A stretch of DNA of 61,693 nucleotides, the filler included. It is 5 parts of 5 records of this genome, joined end to end, with 100 filler letters (N's around TTAATTAATTAA, not from the genome) between each part and the next. Parts side by side here need not be neighbours in the genome. Positions count along the whole stretch, not along the records: positions 39,977 to 61,693 come from SRR31147125_9317; 4 more parts are not named here. One strand, given 5' to 3'. The notes under the pieces were generated by a model. The model did not search any database. It saw nothing but the letters and a program-made list of their open reading frames with translations, and had not been told where the DNA came from. The position numbers and the translations under genes are program-made. Below are positions 55,394-61,693 of this stretch, in pieces (positions within the stretch are counted from its first letter, which is position 1; every line of letters starts with the position of its first letter).

Positions 55394-55906
55394 CTAGGTG
55401 TTTATTTTCAATATTGCAATAAATTCTCCTGTTATGGGAAATGTTTTTTCCGATGTGGGGTGAAAGAGTTTTCCTTTAAAATAGCCCTCAATTTCATTGT
55501 TTGAAACTTTGGTGATAAAGAGCTCTCCTGTCGAATTGAGCGGGGTTGTTTTCGGCCCGAGTGTGAGGGCCATCACCTCCAGGGGAAACATTTTGCCTTG
55601 CCAGGTTTTTAAATCGCTTTCTTTGTGATCAATGCTGATGATTAATTGCGGATATTTGTCAGAACCAATTTGATAATTGTAGAGTTGTAGATTGTCGTTT
55701 TCAAAGATATCACCGCGGGGTGTAAACTGGGCGACAAAATAGTTGTCGTGCATGGATTTCTCTTCCATCGTAAAGCGTAACATACCTCCATTCGGTTCTC
55801 TGTCTGTTCTATCGGAGGTGGAGGATGTTTGATTTTGTTCGTTATTTTTATTACAGCCCAGGAAAACAGAGAATATTAAAAAAAGTAAAAATGTCTTTTT
55901 TATCAT
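55394..55906 (-). CDS. Hypothetical lipoprotein
   Basis: MIKKTFLLFLIFSVFLGC lipobox. Confidence 0.7.
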   Translation of the reverse strand: MIKKTFLLFLIFSVFLGCNKNNEQNQTSSTSDRTDREPNGGMLRFTMEEKSMHDNYFVAQFTPRGDIFENDNLQLYNYQIGSDKYPQLIISIDHKESDLKTWQGKMFPLEVMALTLGPKTTPLNSTGELFITKVSNNEIEGYFKGKLFHPTSEKTFPITGEFIAILKINT

Positions 55907-56113
55907 GAAATTTTCCTTTAACTTGATCCTTATAGATAAAATGTGAATGAAAATGCCGTAGCCCGGAAAGAGGATAGTTTTGTCCCTTGAGTTAAGCACC
56001 AGGTTGTTTTGTTAGATAAATGATCTGAATGAAAATGAGACCAATTCTGTTACAAATTTAATTATTTATTTGTATCAAACAACAATTATTAATAAAAAAA
56101 CGGGAGCCACGTT

Positions 56114-57361
56114 TTGGACAACATAAATTATACATGCCTGCAACGGTTTTTGAAATATGTTACTTTTGATACACAATCCTCCGAGGAGTCAGATACTTTT
56201 CCATCAACATCAAAACAAATAGTTTTGGGTGAATATCTGGTTGACGAGTTAAAAGAAATCGGTCTTGAGGACGCAACAATAAATGAATTGGGCTATGTAA
56301 ATGCAACACTTCCCTCTAATGTTGATTATAACGTACCGGTTATTGGCTTAATTGCTCATATGGATACGTCTCCGGATGTTTCTGGTAAAGATGTCAAAGC
56401 ACAAATCCATAAAAATTACCAAGGTGGGGATATCACTATTTCTGAAAAAGATGGCGTAATACTAAAGGCTGACGAAAATCCTGCTCTTACTAGCCAGATA
56501 GGGCATGATATCATCACAGCCAGCGGGACCACTCTTTTAGGTGCGGATAACAAGGCGGGTATTGCCGAAATATTTGATGCTTTGTTTTATTTGACTCAAC
56601 ATCTTGAAATAAAACATGGTACCATCAAGGTGGCTGTTACTCCGGATGAAGAAGTGGGAAGAGGTGCAGATCATTTTGATGTTAAGGAATTTGCAGCAGA
56701 CTATGCTTACACAATTGACGGTGAAACGCTTGGCGAAGTTGAGGACGAGACATTTTGCGCTGATTCCGTGACCATTAAAATTTCAGGCGTTAATGTTCAT
56801 CCCGGATACGCCAAAAATAAACTCATTAATGCCATTAAAATAGCAGCAGAGATTATTGATCAATTGCCCAAAGATCGTCTTTCTCCGGAAACAACAGAAA
56901 AACGTGAAGGTTATGTTCATCCGCACGGTTTATCAGGTAATGTTGAAGAAGCTCTCATTAAATTCCTGATCCGTGATTTCACTGTCGATGGTTTAAAAGA
57001 GAAAGAAATCCTGCTGCAAGAGCTTTCTGAAAATGTTGTAAAAAAATACCCAAAGGCAAAGCTGGATTTTAAAGTAAGTGAATCCTATCGCAATATGAAA
57101 TATGAATTGGATAAAGATCCAAAGGTTGTCGAGTATGCTATTGAAGCTGTGAAAAAAACAGGCATTGAACCGATTAAAAATATCATTCGCGGCGGCACAG
57201 ATGGCGCAAGACTCTCTTTTGAAGGATTGTTAACTCCAAATGTTTTTACCGGGGGCCATAATTTTCATTCCAAAGAGGAGTGGATCTCCATTCAGGATAT
57301 GCAAAATGCGGTAAATGTAATCGTTAATTTAATTCGGGTTTGGGAAGAAAAGAGTCGCTAG
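56114..57361 (+). CDS. pepT: Peptidase T (M20B tripeptidase)
   Basis: RFLKYV..DTQS, AHMDTS, LGADNKAG, PDEEVG, HPG.AK, RGGTDG, HNFHS. Confidence 0.95.
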   Translation: MDNINYTCLQRFLKYVTFDTQSSEESDTFPSTSKQIVLGEYLVDELKEIGLEDATINELGYVNATLPSNVDYNVPVIGLIAHMDTSPDVSGKDVKAQIHKNYQGGDITISEKDGVILKADENPALTSQIGHDIITASGTTLLGADNKAGIAEIFDALFYLTQHLEIKHGTIKVAVTPDEEVGRGADHFDVKEFAADYAYTIDGETLGEVEDETFCADSVTIKISGVNVHPGYAKNKLINAIKIAAEIIDQLPKDRLSPETTEKREGYVHPHGLSGNVEEALIKFLIRDFTVDGLKEKEILLQELSENVVKKYPKAKLDFKVSESYRNMKYELDKDPKVVEYAIEAVKKTGIEPIKNIIRGGTDGARLSFEGLLTPNVFTGGHNFHSKEEWISIQDMQNAVNVIVNLIRVWEEKSR

Positions 57362-57414
57362 AAAGTTTTATCATGTCGACAGAGCTGACACAGGATTGAA
57401 AAGCGAGGAAAAGT

Positions 57415-57684
57415 ATGAAATTGAGCAAGTTAACGTTAACGCATTATATTTTTCTTGGGGTACTGGCGGGAGCTCTCATTGGTGAAAACATACTTCCTTT
57501 AGCAGATCCTTTGGCAAATATTTTTCCAAGATTACTTAGAATGGCCATCATGTCTTTGATTGTGGTTTCCATTATGTCCGGTGTGCTGAGTATCGGAACG
57601 GGTAAGGGATTGGGAAGCATGGGGCTGAAAACGTTTCTTTACTATATAACGACCAAAAACCCATTGTTCCACCCGACCGCCTAA
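57415..57684 (+). pseudogene. 5' fragment of a dicarboxylate/amino acid:cation symporter
   Basis: IF.RLLRMAI.SLIV.SI.SG......LGSMG.KT..YY.TT matches a DAACS N-terminus; homology stops at the attC-like element. Confidence 0.75.
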
Positions 57685-57786
57685 AGCAGTTGTTTTTTTT
57701 GGAGTTTGGAGATGTTAAAAAAGTATAAATCTAAATTGTTATTTAGTGCTATTAATTCGGCGGTGGGTGAACATTAGCCGTTATAA
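57654..57786 (+). mobile_element. Integron attC-like recombination site
   Basis: AAC-CCATT-GTTCCACCCGACCGCC ... GGCGGTGGGTGAAC-ATTAGCC-GTTATAA: imperfect inverted repeat with two unpaired bases and AAC/GTT cores. Confidence 0.6.
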
Positions 57787-57895
57787 TCATTAATTAAAAT
57801 ATCAAATAAAATATGAGTACCGCCTTTGTGGTTAATTTTAAATCGCGGCCTCGTCACGTTAAGATAAAGCTAATTTTAAAGAGGTATTATTAAAA

Positions 57896-59548
57896 ATGAA
57901 ATCACCAACATCATCGACTCATGCTGCTGATTCAACTCCACCTATCGGAAGTAACAGAGGTCATCGATCGATTTTTATCGGTATTGTAATAGCTATTTTC
58001 CTTGGTTTTTTTATAGGAGGATTGTTACCCAATTTTGCTATAAAACTTACGATTCTCGGAGAGATTTTTTTAAATTCTCTAATGATGATTGTCGTACCGC
58101 TCGTCATCTTTTCAATGATTGTTGGAATTACAGGGCTGGGTGATATCCGTAATCTCGGCTCGATCGGTTGGCGGACTGTTGTCTATTATATGGTGACTAC
58201 TGGTATTTCTGTACTTATTGGTATTATTCTAGTTAATATAATCCAACCTGGTAAAGGTATCTCCCACGGTGAGGAACACATTGATTTTAACTATACTATT
58301 AGTGGTGAGAATAAGCGTACGGTTACTTTAACAAACGGAAAATGGGATAAGATACAATATAATGAAAAATATATTCTTGTTTTATCGGATCAAAACGCAC
58401 AAGGTCTTATTGAATCCATATCAGAAAATTCAGCAACAGTAATACTTTGGGAGCCACACAAAGCAACTGACGTATTCTATATTACTTCAGACAATGGCAC
58501 CAGATTACCATTTCGCCGAATAGAAGGCCAACTTGTTTCTGCCGAACCGAAAATTGATCCGACAGGTACTGGCGTAAAGATAGATTTACCTGTGGCCCAA
58601 ACACTACGTGGGAAAGAGGGGAGAGGAGTTGGTAGTACATTAAGGGAAGTTTTAGTTGGCGATAAGGAGGTTGGCAAAGAAGGTATGATTCCTCGTAACA
58701 TTTTTAATGCAATGGTGCGGATGGATATCCTCCCTTTGATTATCTTTGCACTGCTAATTGGTGCTGCATTATCCGTACTTGGTGCACGAGGACGTACTGC
58801 AATTGAAGTAATTTCAATACTTAACGATGCGATCATGTGTCTTATCCACTGGATTATGGTTGTTGCTCCAATTGGTATCTTCGGCCTCATAGCAGCACGG
58901 ATTGGTCAGGCTGGAGGATTTAGTGGCTTTTTACCAGAATTATTTGCATTAGGTAAATATAGTTTCACTGTTTTATTGGGAATTACTATACATGGTTTTA
59001 TTGTATTACCACTCATTTTATTACTAATCGGAAAGAGGAATCCGCGAACTTATGTAACCGGTGTAGGTTCAGCTTTGTTAAATGCCTTTTCCACAGCGTC
59101 GAGTTCTGCAACTTTACCGTTAACAATGGAAGGTGTAGAAAAGGAAAATGGTATTTCCAATAGAACTGCCAGTTTTGTTCTTCCCCTTGGAGCAACTATC
59201 AATATGGATGGTACAGCACTGTACGAAGCTGTTGCAGCGATGTTCATTGCTCAGGTCTATGGTATTTATATGGGACCAGTGCAACAGACTGTTATTTTTC
59301 TAACAGCCACTCTTGCTGCTATTGGGGCCGCTGGTATTCCCGAAGCAGGACTTGTTACAATGGTGATCGTATTAAGAGCTGTTGGCTTACCACTAGAAGG
59401 AGTCGGTCTTATCTTAACAATTGATTGGCTTCTCGATCGTTTCCGTACGTCACTTAATGTTTGGGGGGATAGTGTCGGAGCCGGTGTTATTGAAACGTTG
59501 GAAATGAAAGGGCAACTGGATACAACCGAAATAAAAAACTCTAAATAA
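57896..59548 (+). CDS. Dicarboxylate/amino acid:cation symporter (DAACS/GltP family)
   Basis: FSTASSSATLP, LPLGATINMDGTALYE, GAAGIP.AG, DRFRT..NV.GD. Confidence 0.93.
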   Translation: MKSPTSSTHAADSTPPIGSNRGHRSIFIGIVIAIFLGFFIGGLLPNFAIKLTILGEIFLNSLMMIVVPLVIFSMIVGITGLGDIRNLGSIGWRTVVYYMVTTGISVLIGIILVNIIQPGKGISHGEEHIDFNYTISGENKRTVTLTNGKWDKIQYNEKYILVLSDQNAQGLIESISENSATVILWEPHKATDVFYITSDNGTRLPFRRIEGQLVSAEPKIDPTGTGVKIDLPVAQTLRGKEGRGVGSTLREVLVGDKEVGKEGMIPRNIFNAMVRMDILPLIIFALLIGAALSVLGARGRTAIEVISILNDAIMCLIHWIMVVAPIGIFGLIAARIGQAGGFSGFLPELFALGKYSFTVLLGITIHGFIVLPLILLLIGKRNPRTYVTGVGSALLNAFSTASSSATLPLTMEGVEKENGISNRTASFVLPLGATINMDGTALYEAVAAMFIAQVYGIYMGPVQQTVIFLTATLAAIGAAGIPEAGLVTMVIVLRAVGLPLEGVGLILTIDWLLDRFRTSLNVWGDSVGAGVIETLEMKGQLDTTEIKNSK

Positions 59549-59666
59549 ACTCTGTACAAACATGAAAAGGTCTAAATTCCTGATATTCACGAATTAGTAT
59601 CTGAACGTCCGGTGTCCCGGCAGAAAAATCAGAATAGTAAAACATATATACAGAGGTAATTTTAAA

Positions 59667-59702
59667 AAAACGGTTTCATTAATAATAAAATGAAACCGTT
59701 TT
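59667..59702. terminator. Bidirectional terminator
   Basis: AAACGGTTTCATT-AATAATAA-AATGAAACCGTTT between convergent genes. Confidence 0.75.
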
Positions 59703-59789
59703 TAAAACAGGATAGTATGTTTAATTTTACAGAATCTGTTTAGAGTATTAACCAGATGTGAATATATTAAACATCCGTTATTTATGTTT

Positions 59790-61582
59790 TCAATGCGCCA
59801 GCTTTCTGCGCTTTATTTCTTTATTATAAGTGTCAATTACATCTTCATGGCTTAACATACCTAAAATTTGGCTTTCATCCCTTATATCCACCACTGGAAT
59901 TTGGCTGTATTCGAATTCTATAAATTTCTTGAGTGCACTGCGAAGACTTTCAGATGGGGTTACGGTCACCGGGTTTGACATGAGGTCTTTTGCTATCAAC
60001 AATTTATTCATTTCATCTTCAAACAAGACCGAGCGCGCAATCCGAAGGGATATAATACCAATAATATTTTCTTCTTTGTCAACGACTGGGAAAAAATCAT
60101 CAATCCCTTCTGATACGATATCTTGAAACTCCTGTAACGGCGTGTCCTCCTTTAAAGTGGGAACGGATGTTTTACGTTTGTAAGCTTTATCCACAACCAG
60201 TGTGTCTAACACATCCACAGTAAAATCACTCATATGGGCAGGAGAATCTGCCATTCTATTTACTTGTTTTTCATACAGAGAGAACCGGGAATTCACCACA
60301 TAAGCCGTAGCACATGCAAGCATCATGGGAACCAGGAGCTGGTAACCTCCGGTCATTTCACTGACCATGATCATGGCTGAAATAGGTACTCTGGCAGCGC
60401 CACCAAAAAGGCCCCCATACCAACCAACACAAAGCTTGTCGGATTTTCAATAACGCCGGGGAAAAGCAGATCTGCAATTTGTCCAAATGCCCCTCCCAAC
60501 ATACCACCGATAAAAAGAGATGGCGCGAAAACACCTCCACTTCCACCGGAACTGATAGTAAATGACGTGGCAAATATTTTTAATACAACAGCAACAAGCA
60601 TAAATTGAATGGTTAAAGAACCATTCATGGCCTGTTGCAGATAGCCATATCCGGAGGCTAGTGCGTGTGGTGCAAAGATTCCAACAACACCGATCATTAA
60701 ACCGCCAATAGCTGGCCGATAATGAGGTTTCATTGGTAATTTATGGAAAAAGTGATCTCTCAGGCCGTAAAATATTTTTATATAGCCCACAGACGCATAA
60801 GCGCAAATCAATCCCAGGGCAGCATAAAAGAGCAATTCTACGGGATTGTGGTATTCAAAAACAGGTGTTTTGAATAACATGCCCCAGCCGAAAAAAGAAG
60901 CAAAAATAGAATAGGCAACGATAGATGAGACCAATGCCGGTATGAGCGCTTTTGATTCAAAGTCTCTTTTATAAAGAACTTCTATTGAAAAGAGCGCACC
61001 ACCGAGCGGGGACCTGAATATTGCGCCAATTCCACCTGCCGCACCGGAAACAACCAGTATTCTTCTCTCGTCATCTGATAACTTTAATAAGGATGCCAGG
61101 TAGGAACCAAATCCTGCTCCTATTTGAGCAATGGGTCCTTCACGACCAGCGCTGCCTCCGGATCCAATTGTGATGATAGAGGTGATCGCCTTAATAAAGG
61201 GGACTCGTTTTCGCACCAGGCCGCGCTTGTGGTGAAAAGCTTCTATAACAGCATCTGTTCCGTGCCCTTCAGCTTCGGGTGCAAGAGAAAAAACAATTAT
61301 ACCTGAAATCAAACCACCAATGGCTGGTACCAGCCATATTAACCACCACCTGATGGCATTTTCGTTCACTTCAAATCCGCTTAATTCGCCTGCAGGTTCC
61401 GGAGGAATATAGTTGCATAAAATGTGTAAACAGACATGCGACATCCAGTTGAGTAATGTGAAAAAAAGAATGGCGCCAACCCCTGCAACGACACCAACAA
61501 GAATACTGGAAATAAATAATCGACCAACCGAGTGATTGGCGTATTTATTGAAAAGTTGTCGTATTTTTTGATTAGAGCTCAT
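59790..61582 (-). CDS. CLC chloride channel/antiporter with C-terminal CBS pair (split near 60405-60409)
   Basis: GHGTD, GSAGREGP, GGSGGVFAP, tandem CBS domains. One extra T restores GAFFGGAARVP. Confidence 0.92.
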
Positions 61583-61693
61583 AGTATACGGTTTGCTGCT
61601 AATTTAAAGGATTGGTATAAAATATTTTTAGAGATAAAAGACTGGTTTGTGTGAGTTATCTGGCTTTTTTTTACGAGTGTGGATTGCGCAAAA

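Noticed and set aside
59580-59625. Possible mobile-element end fragment (..GAACGTCCGGTGTCCC..) after the DAACS gene
   Set aside because: Too short, with no partner repeat or transposase in the window.

Overview
The window is not one locus. It is five contigs joined by 100-nt N/TTAATTAATTAA/N spacers (12741-12840, 23526-23625, 32090-32189, 39877-39976). Contig 1 (1-12740) is Clostridia-like housekeeping DNA (ilvD, ilvN, polC, coaD, rsmD, alr, paaK-like). Contig 2 (12841-23525) is Bacteroidota-like: AraC regulator, acyl-CoA synthetase, and a GH2/beta-propeller/GH117/GH29 cluster pointing to red-algal galactan use. Contig 3 (23626-32089) is Bacteroidota-like and carries a type I-B/'PGING' effector operon (cas6-cas5-cas8-cas7-cas3) with no cas1/2/4 and no array in view. 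Contig 4 (32190-39876) has a sigma54 activator with three palindromic sites, Hsp20, and a PLP enzyme/DUF1611/PP-loop-creatininase cluster. Contig 5 (39977-61693) has smc, a GWxTD protein, HAD-SerA, pepT, an attC-like site, a DAACS transporter and a CLC channel. Many genes, including essential polC, are split by 1-nt homopolymer indels, which are most likely sequencing errors. The main finding is in contig 3. A single CRISPR repeat between a 63-aa HTH gene and cas6 lies inside a predicted ~78-nt antisense RNA that has a promoter-like -7 box, a 14-bp terminal stem and a U-tract. Its spacer matches the 5' leader and start of the HTH gene at 14 of 16 positions, with mismatches only at positions 6 and 12, next to a CCA PAM. 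This suggests Cascade-guided repression of the HTH gene or the cas operon. All family assignments come from motif recognition; no database search was run.
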